Virus record (IMG/VR): IMGVR_UViG_3300038423_000106
Length of the DNA: 20,000 bases
Direction: 5' to 3' (one strand)
DNA from: an uncultured virus (IMG/VR IMGVR_UViG_3300038423_000106)
Taxonomy: Duplodnaviria; Heunggongvirae; Uroviricota; Caudoviricetes
Part shown: positions 1 to 8,930 of the stretch, piece by piece
How positions within the stretch are numbered: position 1 is the stretch's first letter
Layout: every line of letters starts with the position of its first letter
Made by a program: the position numbers and the translations under genes
Notes under the pieces: model-generated
The model's database searches: none
What the model was told of the DNA's origin: nothing
What the model saw: only the letters and a program-made list of their open reading frames with translations

Positions 1-23
1 GTGAATACCAGGCTAGAGTCCAT
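1..23 (-). CDS. Start of the next gene (MDSSLVF...), truncated by the window edge; function unknown
   Basis: Strong RBS AGGAGG (29-34 on the minus strand) followed by ATG at 23. Confidence 0.6.
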
Positions 24-32
24 CGTTTCCTC

Positions 33-692
33 CTATGGTACGGTTACCGCCAGGGTCGCGCTCATGGCGCTGACTTTAGTTCCAAGCGCCGACTTGACGC
101 CATAGTACCGGGTCTGCCCCTTGACCGGCTTCGTGTCGACATAGGACGCCGCTGTGAGCCCGCTCGCCAGCTGTTTCGGGTCGGGCAGTTTCGGTTCCAC
201 TCCCCGGAACACATCGTAGCTGATTCCCTGCAAATTTACAGGCGTCCACTTCAACGGCACGCGGTTCTCCGTGACAGTCTCGACCGTCAGGCCGGTGGGC
301 GCCGGGGGCTGCGCGTCGGCTGGGATCGTGGCGCTCACCTCGTTTGACGGCCCTGAAAGGCTCGGGCTGGCGGTCGACAGATAGGCTTTGGCGACATACC
401 AGTAGGTCTGCAGAGCCGTCACCGCCGTATCGGTGTAGGAGCAGGTCGCGAGCGGCGAAGCATTCAGTGCCGTCGCGCTCTCCCCGCCGGAGGCCGTTCC
501 CTTGTAGAAATTAAACTGCACGCCCGCCGCCGTATCCGTGCATCCCCCGAGGGTAACGGAGTGCGCCGTCGCAGTGGCGGTGAGCGGGCGCGGCTCGATG
601 GAGGGCGGGGCAGGAGTGTTGGCGCGCTGGGCAGTCGGAGTCATACAGCCGACCAGGGCGAGCGAGAGAACTGCGGTGATGATGATTTTCAT
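33..692 (-). CDS. Lipoprotein with two FN3-like domains, 219 aa
   Basis: RBS AGGAG overlaps the upstream stop. Lipobox MKIIITAVLSLALVG|C, Pro-rich tether, and two FN3-like units (FNFYKG..SYTD..YWYVAKA..SGPSNEV; PPAPTGLTV..LKW..YDVFRG..SYVD..YYGV). Confidence 0.8.
   Translation of the reverse strand: MKIIITAVLSLALVGCMTPTAQRANTPAPPSIEPRPLTATATAHSVTLGGCTDTAAGVQFNFYKGTASGGESATALNASPLATCSYTDTAVTALQTYWYVAKAYLSTASPSLSGPSNEVSATIPADAQPPAPTGLTVETVTENRVPLKWTPVNLQGISYDVFRGVEPKLPDPKQLASGLTAASYVDTKPVKGQTRYYGVKSALGTKVSAMSATLAVTVP
227..242. promoter_or_regulatory. Palindrome copy 4 (CCTGCAAATTTACAGG)
   Basis: Core 228-241 has one mismatch to CTGCAAATTTGCAG. It is intragenic, about 200 bp upstream of the next gene start. 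Confidence 0.45.
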
Positions 693-699
693 GATTCTC

Positions 700-3192
700 C
701 TAGTGCACAGTCACAGACAATCCGGTTGGGGCGAGCGGGCCGCCCGTCAGCGGCGCGGCCGACATGAGGTCGATCAGCATCGCGTCACTTCTGCAATCGT
801 TCGGACCCTCGTTCGTCCATTGCACCGTCCCGTCGAGCGAAGGGCAATTTCCGTATGACGGACAAAATACTTGCCAGTTGGGAACCGTCGCGCCCGTCGT
901 CCCTCCGGCCGCCGTGAGGTAGACGTCGTTGTTCGGGTTGTTCGACACGGGGTAGACGGCCGATCCACCGGAGAACGCCGTGCTGGCGGACGGTGAAAAC
1001 CCGGCACGCAGTTGGTCGCATGATGCCTTCAGGTTCTTCCATGTAACCCCGCCGTCCACGCAGGAGGTGGCGCAGGCGGCGTCCCAATCAGGCTGCGTGC
1101 CGGAAGTGGTGCCAGCGGCGATGACCTGGAAGTCGTATTTCCCCGCGTTGTTCGAGGTCGGGTACATCGTGGCCCCGAGCGCGTAAGCCGCGCTCCCGGC
1201 CCACGCGGGCGAGGTCGAGCCGCGCGTCCCCATCATGTCCGTGCCGACCAATGCCCACTGGCCGTCCTGCGAGGCGTTCCCGATGTTGTTCTGCGCCTCG
1301 AAGCTCTGGTTCATCCCGGTGTTATAGATGTGCGAGAACCTATAGGTCGTTCCCAGCGGGCAAGTCCCGAGGCCCGTGCACTCTCCCACCACTTCACCGT
1401 AGTACGCCAGTCCAGTGAGTGCGCCGTTGGAGATCGTCGGAACCTGCGTGGCGAAGTCTACTATCGGAGGCGTATCCGTCAGCCCGGAATCGCGGTAGGA
1501 GTCATGGTGATCTGAAGGGAAGCCATTTGGCAGGATGTCCCGGCTCAACCATCCGGTTGAACCGCTACCGCCAATGGTCGGATAGGGCACTTCGTCAATC
1601 GTCCCGCTCACGCTCTGATAAACCATCGGCTGCGAGAAAAGATGCTGGTACTGGTCATTGTCCGCCCAGTAGTTCAAGTAGCCCTGCGCCTGGTGGCCGG
1701 AGGTGTGGCTGGCCCCGCTCGTCTGCGTGCTGACGTTGATGTTCAGCGTGGCTACTTGCCAAGTGTAGGTGTAGCAGTAGACGTCGGCCAACTGCCAGTA
1801 GGTCGAGTTCGGGGGAGCGTTCCCCGCCGTCGGGGTGGCGTAGACGTACTCGTAGTAGCTGTACGGCGCGCCGTGCGAGGGATCGTAAACCGTCTGGTGC
1901 GCGGGACTCGTCTTGGAATAGGTCTTGCCCGCGCTGTATGCCCCGTAGTACGTCGCGTTCGTGTTCAGGCAATTAGCCGTCCCCGGCGTGAGCACGGGCG
2001 TCCCGCCGCCATGCGTCGGCGTCAGCGACATGTAGGCCGAATTAAGGTCTGCTCCATTCCCGTGCAGCGTCATCAGGTCGGTCAAGGGGCATGGGTTGGT
2101 CCCGTACTTGCCGCAGATCACCGTGTCGGTAGTTGTCCAAGTGCCCGCGACGGTCGTGCCAGATCGCACCTGCCCGAGCCGAGTATTCAAAGCGTAATAT
2201 CCGGTTCCCGCTAAATACACTACAGCGTCGAATCCCGGCCCTTGCCCGTTGACTGAGCCAATGTTTGTCCACGTCACCCCTCCATCCGTGCAGGTCGAAG
2301 TGCAGGTCGACCACGTCGGCTCCGTGCCGGAAGTCGTTCCGCCGACGGTCGCCTGGAAGGCATGATTGGCGGAATTCCCCGTTTGCGGATAGATGAACGA
2401 AGTGTAGTCTCCGGTAACGTAGGCCGTGCTCCCCTTCCAATCCATCCCGCCCGCCATCGCAAGGGCTACTGAGCCGTCTGTCGCTGTCGTAAACTCCCCG
2501 TTCCATGTACTAAAGTAGGTTTTGGGGAAAGCGTTGCCAAGGTTCGCGTAAAGCGTTCGCGTGAACGTGTCTGTGCTCGGGTTGATCACGTCCTTGTAAA
2601 TGGTCAGACCGTCCGACCAAAGCTCGAAGATGGTGTACGCCTGTCCTCGGCTGAATACCTCCGCGCCCCCCGAGTTGAGCACGGTGCAGCCAGAAGTGCA
2701 CGGACTTCCGCTGATCGAGCCGCCGACGATCTGGCTCTTGGTCACGCCGGGATTCGAGGGCGAGATCGGTGTTCCGCCCGCTTCAGCAGCCCGGATCGCC
2801 GTCTTGTTTAGGTAATAGAGATAAGGGCCGCCTCCGACTGAGTAGACCATGAGCATGTTCGAGTTCTGCTCAAACAGATCGCGTTCTCCATCCGAGCCGA
2901 GTTGGAAGCTGTTGGTCGTCAGATGTGTACTTTGATCGGTCACAAGCAGCAGGAACGAGCCGAAGTCTTTATCCGTAGTGGCGGTGTTCGCTGGCGCGTT
3001 CGCCGCGAACGGTCCTGTTCCCGTCAGGAGGAAGCTAATGGGCGCTCCCGCGTGGCCCACTCCGACTCCCGCGACGCACCCGGATTCCGTCCCGACCTCG
3101 CAATTGTCCGTCCTCGCCGCGTAGGTCTGCGGCCCTTGCGCGAAACAGCAAGTCGTGAGCAGGACGCAGGCGAATTTGAGGAGGCTGCGCAC
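700..3192 (-). CDS. Secreted protein with CBM5/12-like repeats, possibly inserted in a beta-propeller, 830 aa
   Basis: Start reassigned to GTG at 3192 (MRSLLKFACVLLTTCCFA|Q), 2 bp after the upstream stop. Three W..S.AY..G..YP..N......GTT...P.W...C..DG.V.W.N repeats. YRFSH.YN and GNASQDGQWALVGTDM are TolB/propeller-like. Ends in PLAPTGLSVTVH. Confidence 0.65.
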   Translation of the reverse strand: MRSLLKFACVLLTTCCFAQGPQTYAARTDNCEVGTESGCVAGVGVGHAGAPISFLLTGTGPFAANAPANTATTDKDFGSFLLLVTDQSTHLTTNSFQLGSDGERDLFEQNSNMLMVYSVGGGPYLYYLNKTAIRAAEAGGTPISPSNPGVTKSQIVGGSISGSPCTSGCTVLNSGGAEVFSRGQAYTIFELWSDGLTIYKDVINPSTDTFTRTLYANLGNAFPKTYFSTWNGEFTTATDGSVALAMAGGMDWKGSTAYVTGDYTSFIYPQTGNSANHAFQATVGGTTSGTEPTWSTCTSTCTDGGVTWTNIGSVNGQGPGFDAVVYLAGTGYYALNTRLGQVRSGTTVAGTWTTTDTVICGKYGTNPCPLTDLMTLHGNGADLNSAYMSLTPTHGGGTPVLTPGTANCLNTNATYYGAYSAGKTYSKTSPAHQTVYDPSHGAPYSYYEYVYATPTAGNAPPNSTYWQLADVYCYTYTWQVATLNINVSTQTSGASHTSGHQAQGYLNYWADNDQYQHLFSQPMVYQSVSGTIDEVPYPTIGGSGSTGWLSRDILPNGFPSDHHDSYRDSGLTDTPPIVDFATQVPTISNGALTGLAYYGEVVGECTGLGTCPLGTTYRFSHIYNTGMNQSFEAQNNIGNASQDGQWALVGTDMMGTRGSTSPAWAGSAAYALGATMYPTSNNAGKYDFQVIAAGTTSGTQPDWDAACATSCVDGGVTWKNLKASCDQLRAGFSPSASTAFSGGSAVYPVSNNPNNDVYLTAAGGTTGATVPNWQVFCPSYGNCPSLDGTVQWTNEGPNDCRSDAMLIDLMSAAPLTGGPLAPTGLSVTVH

Positions 3193-3194
3193 AC

Positions 3195-4862
3195 TTAATG
3201 CACCGTCACGGTCAAGCCAGTCGGGGCGTTCGGCCCCGTAGCCGCAAACTGGTACGCGCCCACGTTCCACGCGCCAGTGGAAGGACGATTAACTCCGAGA
3301 ATGGCTGGAACGACTACAGTGTGATTGGTGGCGTTGTACGCCACGCCAGTGAACCCCTGAAGGCAGGCCGCCTTGGATACGGAATCGTTCAGTCCGTTGC
3401 AGAATGTCGCATTGTTCGTCCCGGCCCCGACCGTGGAATTACTGGATGCCGTGGGCGCGTAGTCGTTCGCTGACGTGTAGCCCTGCGTAGCGGCAAGAGT
3501 GGGCGTCATAAACAGATCAGTAGTTTCGCTACTGAATGAGCATCCGTCCATCGTGGAAGTGTAGGTCGTGATCCAGTGATTGTTCTGGGAGCTAACCGAT
3601 CCGGGAGCCGGAGCGGGGCAGGGCCATGCTGAATTGAACGGAGGATTCACGAAAGTGTTGTTATAAAAAGCCACATTCCCGCCGCCGATGGGAGGCGATG
3701 CTTGGCTGATGTTGAAGTAGTTCGAGTTCGCGTACAGGTCATGGATGACGTTGTTGAAGACGTAGTCTGTCTGTCCGGTAGGCGGGGCGAGCCACAGCGT
3801 GTTCGCGGAAAGCGCCTGGCTCCCGAGCGTCCCGATGTAACGGAAGATGTTGTTGTAGAAAAGATTCGGATCTGACGAGCCGTGGGACGTTTCCCCGTAG
3901 CACTGGAGCACGTCCGAGTGCGACGAGCCATCCGTCACGTTGTTCATATACTCCCAGAGATTGTCGTGAACCCGATAGCAGCCAGAAGATGAATTTTCTC
4001 CTTGGTTGTAGCGAACGACGTTGTAATTGAACTGATAAACGTCGCCTTTCATCGAAATCAGCGAGTACGGGTCGGAATCCGAACCGTCGATGACGTTGTA
4101 TTCATAGGTGATTCCGGGCTCCTGATTATAGCTGTAAAATGCGATCCCGCCGCCACCTTGCGTGCCAGCCGAAGTATGGGTCCATCCGTGAACGTAGTTT
4201 CTCGAAACAATGTGCCCGTTCGGGCTGCCGCTGGAGTTGAAGGTGAGCATGATCGCGCCACCTTCGTTCGATGATTGCGTGGTGTTCCAGCAGAACCCAG
4301 TGAACTCGAAATCGTCAAGGATGTTATAAACCGTGCCGCTGAAGGCAACCATGTCGTTGCCGTTCGTGACTTGGTAGGCGCAACTGCCGACCACGCTCGT
4401 GCTCGGCGAGTTGTCGCCCGTGAAAACGGGCCGCGTCCATCCCGTGCTCGGCCATCCGAGATCGACGCCGATGTACGTGTAATGACTGCTCGTGCCGCTC
4501 CAAGTGAAGTTGATGCCGCCACCGCCTGCGTATGGAGTCGCGGACGAGTTGCCGAAGTGGTAAGTCGATCCGCCCTCGATGATGATCCCGGTTCCAGCGG
4601 GAACGCCTGCTGATTGCACCGTGCCGCAAGTGGCCGTGCAGGTTGGCATCCCCGGAATGTGCAGCCACGGGCTTGATTCACTAGTGCCGGAATTGCTGTC
4701 CGACGCCCCGGAGAGCGACGAAGCGTAATAGCAAGAGGTCACGCCAAGCGAGGCAAGGGTGACCAACGCGCCCGAAGCATTCGGATAGTTCGTTCCATTG
4801 GGACAGGAGCCGCCAGCGGCAAAACAGGCCGCGCTCAGAAACAGGATAAGTACGCATCTCAT
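3195..4862 (-). CDS. Secreted right-handed parallel beta-helix protein (pectate-lyase/depolymerase-like), 555 aa
   Basis: Start MRCVLILFLSAACFA|A at 4862 (ATGA overlap). CYY.SS.SG.SDSNSGTSESSPW.H entry motif, Asn-ladder repeats (NYVH, YNVI, DNLW, NNIF, NNVI, NNTF), and C-terminal W.VGAYQF followed by PNAPTGLTVTVH. Confidence 0.78.
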   Translation of the reverse strand: MRCVLILFLSAACFAAGGSCPNGTNYPNASGALVTLASLGVTSCYYASSLSGASDSNSGTSESSPWLHIPGMPTCTATCGTVQSAGVPAGTGIIIEGGSTYHFGNSSATPYAGGGGINFTWSGTSSHYTYIGVDLGWPSTGWTRPVFTGDNSPSTSVVGSCAYQVTNGNDMVAFSGTVYNILDDFEFTGFCWNTTQSSNEGGAIMLTFNSSGSPNGHIVSRNYVHGWTHTSAGTQGGGGIAFYSYNQEPGITYEYNVIDGSDSDPYSLISMKGDVYQFNYNVVRYNQGENSSSGCYRVHDNLWEYMNNVTDGSSHSDVLQCYGETSHGSSDPNLFYNNIFRYIGTLGSQALSANTLWLAPPTGQTDYVFNNVIHDLYANSNYFNISQASPPIGGGNVAFYNNTFVNPPFNSAWPCPAPAPGSVSSQNNHWITTYTSTMDGCSFSSETTDLFMTPTLAATQGYTSANDYAPTASSNSTVGAGTNNATFCNGLNDSVSKAACLQGFTGVAYNATNHTVVVPAILGVNRPSTGAWNVGAYQFAATGPNAPTGLTVTVH

Positions 4863-5752
4863 TGGATCACCACGCAGATCACGTTCGACGGCGGACCTTC
4901 TTTTCCCGCAGAGTCCACTGCCGTTACGTAGTAGTCGTAGTTGTAGAACAGGGCTACTACCTGATCCGTATAGGTCACAGTCGGAGCCGTGACCGATCCG
5001 ATCTTCGTCATGCTGACCGGCGTGCTGCTTCCTGTGCAACTTCCGGTCGAAGGATAGCCACGATAGATATTGTAACTAGCGGCAGGATCACTTCCCGTAG
5101 GGGCGGTCCACGCGGGGAGCGTGTAGTGCGGAGCGAGCACGTAGCTGTATCTGTTGTTGAACCACTGGCCACCGATCAGAGAATAGAGCGTGACATACAT
5201 AGTCGAACCGTTGGCCGGGAACCCGGTCGCCTGAGTGCTCGTGAGAACGTTCCCCAGATTGCCGGACTGGATGTAATTGTTCCCGCCCACGGTGGTCCCT
5301 ATGTCGATCCAGTAGGCAGTTGCGCTCGTTCCTGCCGCCCATGTGAACGTTATGTGGTTTGTGTCCAGAGTCGAGTTGTTCGTCGGAGTCTGCATGACGG
5401 CGGCCCCGGCCGTTCCGTTCAGCGACGAATACGTGTAGACGCCGTGCTGCCATACGCCGCTCACCAGAGAGTACAGGGTGGCATAGACTGTTGTGCCGTT
5501 CAATGGGAGGCTCTGCACGGTGATAGTCAGAACGTTTCCCAGATTGCCGGATTGGTAGTAATTGTTCCCGCCAGCCGTCGTCCCGAGGTCGAGCCAGTAG
5601 GCCGTCGCCCCGCAGGAGGAGCAAGTCCAGTCGAACGTCACCGTGCTCCCGCTGAGTTGGGTTCCGGGTGTCGGCGTGGTGAGCGTGGCTTGCGGGAACG
5701 CCGCCGCGCAAGCGAGCCAGAGGAAGACTGCAAGTTTGCAGGTAATTTTCAT
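4859..5752 (-). CDS. Secreted protein with two tandem ~95-aa beta-sandwich repeats and a C-terminal FN3-like domain, 297 aa
   Basis: Signal peptide ending AAAFP|Q. Duplicated TF.W....ATAYW.D.GTT.GGNNY.QSGNLGNVLT...P.NG.T.Y.TLYSL..G.W. Terminal WTAP.....SYNIYRG...YTD.....YDYYVTAVDSAG.EGPPSN is FN3-like. Confidence 0.75.
   Translation of the reverse strand: MKITCKLAVFLWLACAAAFPQATLTTPTPGTQLSGSTVTFDWTCSSCGATAYWLDLGTTAGGNNYYQSGNLGNVLTITVQSLPLNGTTVYATLYSLVSGVWQHGVYTYSSLNGTAGAAVMQTPTNNSTLDTNHITFTWAAGTSATAYWIDIGTTVGGNNYIQSGNLGNVLTSTQATGFPANGSTMYVTLYSLIGGQWFNNRYSYVLAPHYTLPAWTAPTGSDPAASYNIYRGYPSTGSCTGSSTPVSMTKIGSVTAPTVTYTDQVVALFYNYDYYVTAVDSAGKEGPPSNVICVVIQ
5728..5741. promoter_or_regulatory. Palindrome copy 3 (CTGCAAGTTTGCAG)
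   Basis: One mismatch to the core. The reverse complement of 5726-5743 (ACCTGCAAACTTGCAGTC) matches 16771-16788 at 17/18. Lies in codons 4-9 of the 4859..5752 gene. Confidence 0.55.
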
Positions 5753-6645
5753 TGGTAGCCCGCCGCCGTCCAGAAGATCGTGCTCGTGACTTCCGTCGTG
5801 TCGCTCGACACGATAAGGAACCCGAATGCCGTCTGATTGACCACGTTCAGGAAGCCGTTGCCGAACCCGGCGGCGGCGCTCTTGCGCGTCACCTCCACGG
5901 CGTAGTTCGCGTCGCAGTAGGCAGCTCCGTTCGAGAACGTGACCTGATATGCCGCTTCAGGGGAGGAGCCGTACTGCTGCAACTGTCCGACGCCCGAGGC
6001 CACGTGGTTGTCACATGCCGTGGCTGCGGTCCCCGTCTGCCCGAGCAGAAAGAACGTAGGAGCGGGGGGTGGCGGAGCAGGAAAGGGCGCGCAGTTCGGG
6101 TATCCCGTGCTCAGCCATCCAGTAACCACCGGGGTCAGCGCTGGGCAGTTAGATTGGTAGATGCCTCCGAGCGAGTAGAGTTGCGGCGTGGCGAGCTTGG
6201 CCGTGATCACGGAAGGGTTCGTCGGCACGTACTGGTCGAAGTTACAAGCGCCGTTCGCGCACCAGTAGTTCGAGGTCTGCGGCTGCACGCACGCGTTGCC
6301 GTTCGCGGCGGGAGAGATCACGACGTTGTTCGAATCCTTTATGGTCAAAGCAAAACAAATGTTCATGGGATTCGTCGTGCTCGTGTTCGCCACCTGGCAG
6401 CCGCCCGTGATCGCCCCGTTCACTATCGGGCACACGGTCGGGTACGTGATCTGCTGCCCTCCGCCGTTCACCTGGTAGCTCACGGGGTTCCCGCCGCTGT
6501 CCGTGGCCTGCCAGACGAGTATCCCCGATGGCAGCAGGACTCCTCCAGCGCCGTATATGTTCGCGGCCGTGATGTTCATGAACGATTGGGAGAACGCGCT
6601 CCCGGCGAGCGCCGTCAGCAAAGCGATTTGAAGCAGTCGTTTCAT
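5749..6645 (-). CDS. Signal-peptide protein with C-terminal tail-fibre-tip-like domain, 298 aa
   Basis: Start MKRLLQIALLTALAGSAFS|Q at 6645 (ATGA overlap). C-terminal QQYG...VTFS...Y.DANYAV.VT...NQTA.GF.I......IFWTAAG resembles gp53-like fibre tips and the end of 13845..14378. Contains a Pro-rich linker. Confidence 0.6.
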   Translation of the reverse strand: MKRLLQIALLTALAGSAFSQSFMNITAANIYGAGGVLLPSGILVWQATDSGGNPVSYQVNGGGQQITYPTVCPIVNGAITGGCQVANTSTTNPMNICFALTIKDSNNVVISPAANGNACVQPQTSNYWCANGACNFDQYVPTNPSVITAKLATPQLYSLGGIYQSNCPALTPVVTGWLSTGYPNCAPFPAPPPPAPTFFLLGQTGTAATACDNHVASGVGQLQQYGSSPEAAYQVTFSNGAAYCDANYAVEVTRKSAAAGFGNGFLNVVNQTAFGFLIVSSDTTEVTSTIFWTAAGYQ

Positions 6646-8930
6646 TGCACCCCCGCCCCCCCGAAAACCGCACTCCCACCTATCACTTTGTTCGGACTCG
6701 ACAGTCCCGCCCAAGCCTCGACCAGGTTGTAGACGTTGACGCTCCCGAGGCCGGTGGCGAAGTCCCAGCCGGAAGTGGCGGGGTAGGCTGGTTGGTAGGC
6801 GCTGTCACTCGTGCTCAACACGCCGAAGTATTGATATGTGGAATCGTCGGGATCGTAGCAATTGACGTAAGTCGAGGCAGCTCCCGGATCACCACAACTT
6901 GTCGCGTTATCGCCTGCGGTGATGTCGTGAAAGACACACGAACTGCCTATTGAACTTCCAAGGCTTGCGTTGCACTGACTGTTTCCACCTGATCCGTATT
7001 CCGCCCGTGCTAATTGGTACAAAATAGGATTCGCAAGCCCCGACTGCGTTGTGCCGATCTTCTGGTTTATCAAAGCCTGAATCCCGGCCCAGATGGGCGT
7101 ACCCAAACTGGTCCCCAAAACGCCGCCCCAGAGCGTAGGAGGGTTGAGTGTGCCGCCAGTTCCATAGCAACCTTCGGAATCCGAGTTGCAATACATATAA
7201 AAATGCGTCCAAGTGCCTCCCCCGGAGAACATCGCCACGTCTGGCTGGTCGCGCACGCCATCTGAGGGATTGCCGAGAACGGATTGCCATGAAGGTTTCG
7301 GCCATCCGGCGCAAGTGCCGTTCACGACTGTGCCGCCAACGGGAACAGCCTGCCCGGTAGCGCAACTGCTCGGTCCTCCGCTGCCCGCGAGAATGGACTG
7401 GGAGTTTCCCGCTGTGTAAATCGCGCCTCCATAACCCGTGACAGGAAAGTTGCCATCCTTGATCGTGTTGCATACGCTAGTCGAGCCGTAGATTGGAATG
7501 CCGAGATACGAGGCTATGAGCGGGCTGGTGCAGGAATCGTCCCACGGAATCTCCGGCACGTAAGTGCCGCCTGCGGTGCCATACACCGAGTTATTGGTCG
7601 CGTTCCAATAGGAATTTATCGTTCCGGCGTAAGTGTCCCCGAAGTCCGTCCCGCCCACCGACGTGGCGTAGGGTGTCGAGCCAATCGCGTTCACGCTGAA
7701 GCCGAACACGGCAGAGAGGCCGTCGCTGCCAAAGCTGCAAATGCTCGCCCCCCAGTCCCCCGCGGCCACGAAAACTGAAATACCCTCCGACGCCGCCTGT
7801 TGTAACGCGTCATAATAAGCCAAGTTCGCGGCAGGCCCGTTCGCGGGTTCGCACAGTGCGTAACTGACGCTCATGATCGTCGGCGGGGAAGGCAGGTTGA
7901 CCAAGTTCTGAATCGCGATGATGATGCCGTCCCCAAATCCGCTGTCCCCGGCAAAGCAGGACGCGAGCACGAGATTGGCGCTCGGGGCTGCTGCGCTCGC
8001 CCACTCAACATCCACGGCGGCCTCAAGAACGTCAGGCGTGACGCCGGGATCGCTGCATGTAGGCTGCCCGCTGACCTGCGGGTGGGTCAGCGTTAGGGTG
8101 CTGGTGTAAGTGCTGAGTCCGCTAACCGAACGGAAATTTAGCCAGTCGCCATTCCACGGGCCACCCGAAGGTTCTTGCAAATCTGAATCTTCGACCAGCG
8201 TGATCGTCTGCCCCTGCCCGCTGATCCCGGAACTGAAGAGTGGGAGGAAACCGTAAATCGTCTCCAAATCGAACGGCATGACGTTTTGCAGTGTCCCGGC
8301 GCCATTAGTAAGAATTATCTGCGGCTCGGGGTTGAAGTTGCTCAGCCCCATGATGCCGACAATTGCGGGAGCCAAGGCAGCCGGGACTTGGGGGTTGCTG
8401 ACATTGCCCCTGTGGTTTTCGCTGGTCATTGGGCCGAGGCCCATGTTGCCATTCGGCTTCCTGCGGTTCACGGTCAGGTTGTGAATCTCGGTGTGGAAGG
8501 CGCCTGTGACCTGTCCCGCCGTACCCGAGAAATCTATCGTCAGATTGCTCGCGCCGTTGACCGTGAAGCCGTGCGACTTCAGCCATGTCGTGATGGCTTT
8601 CCGGTCGTCAGGATGCGTCGGCCACTGCGCGTTGAACTGAGCCGCCGTGAGCCATTTGCGGTAGTTCGGATGCTTTCGATCGTAGCGCGTCTCCACGTCG
8701 GCGGCCAGTGCTTGCGATTGTTCAGGAGCGCGGGCCAGCACCATGACCATGTGGTTCATGGCGAAGCTATCGGCCACCTTGCCCTTGTCGTTTGCCGGGA
8801 CGGTCGCCTCGGGCCTCGTGTTGCCAGCAAGCGTTGCCAGTTTGGTTTCGTCCACAGCAGAGGTCACGAGTCGGCGCGGGGTCTGCGCCATGACGCTCGC
8901 GGCCAGCAAGATCAGAAGGGTTATCCTCAT
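6642..8930 (-). CDS. S53 family (sedolisin/kumamolisin-like) serine-carboxyl peptidase with Pro-kuma activation domain and signal peptide, 762 aa
   Basis: Pro-domain P.YRKWLTAAQF...WL.SHGFTV...IDFSGTAGQV..AFHTEIH. Catalytic E-x3-D in EAAVDVEW (~8010-8024), oxyanion Asp in AAGDWG (~7755), nucleophile in GTSLGTP (Ser 7107-7109), and Ca-site motifs DITAGDN and GWDFATGLGS. Confidence 0.95.
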   Translation of the reverse strand: MRITLLILLAASVMAQTPRRLVTSAVDETKLATLAGNTRPEATVPANDKGKVADSFAMNHMVMVLARAPEQSQALAADVETRYDRKHPNYRKWLTAAQFNAQWPTHPDDRKAITTWLKSHGFTVNGASNLTIDFSGTAGQVTGAFHTEIHNLTVNRRKPNGNMGLGPMTSENHRGNVSNPQVPAALAPAIVGIMGLSNFNPEPQIILTNGAGTLQNVMPFDLETIYGFLPLFSSGISGQGQTITLVEDSDLQEPSGGPWNGDWLNFRSVSGLSTYTSTLTLTHPQVSGQPTCSDPGVTPDVLEAAVDVEWASAAAPSANLVLASCFAGDSGFGDGIIIAIQNLVNLPSPPTIMSVSYALCEPANGPAANLAYYDALQQAASEGISVFVAAGDWGASICSFGSDGLSAVFGFSVNAIGSTPYATSVGGTDFGDTYAGTINSYWNATNNSVYGTAGGTYVPEIPWDDSCTSPLIASYLGIPIYGSTSVCNTIKDGNFPVTGYGGAIYTAGNSQSILAGSGGPSSCATGQAVPVGGTVVNGTCAGWPKPSWQSVLGNPSDGVRDQPDVAMFSGGGTWTHFYMYCNSDSEGCYGTGGTLNPPTLWGGVLGTSLGTPIWAGIQALINQKIGTTQSGLANPILYQLARAEYGSGGNSQCNASLGSSIGSSCVFHDITAGDNATSCGDPGAASTYVNCYDPDDSTYQYFGVLSTSDSAYQPAYPATSGWDFATGLGSVNVYNLVEAWAGLSSPNKVIGGSAVFGGAGVQ

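Noticed and set aside
33..692. Lipoprotein as an o-spanin or lysis component
   Set aside because: It is too long, made of FN3-like domains, and has no adjacent i-spanin or endolysin in the window.
5135..5690. Possible diversity-generating retroelement TR/VR pair
   Set aside because: Both copies are in frame within one gene, the substitutions are not A-specific, and no reverse transcriptase is in the window.
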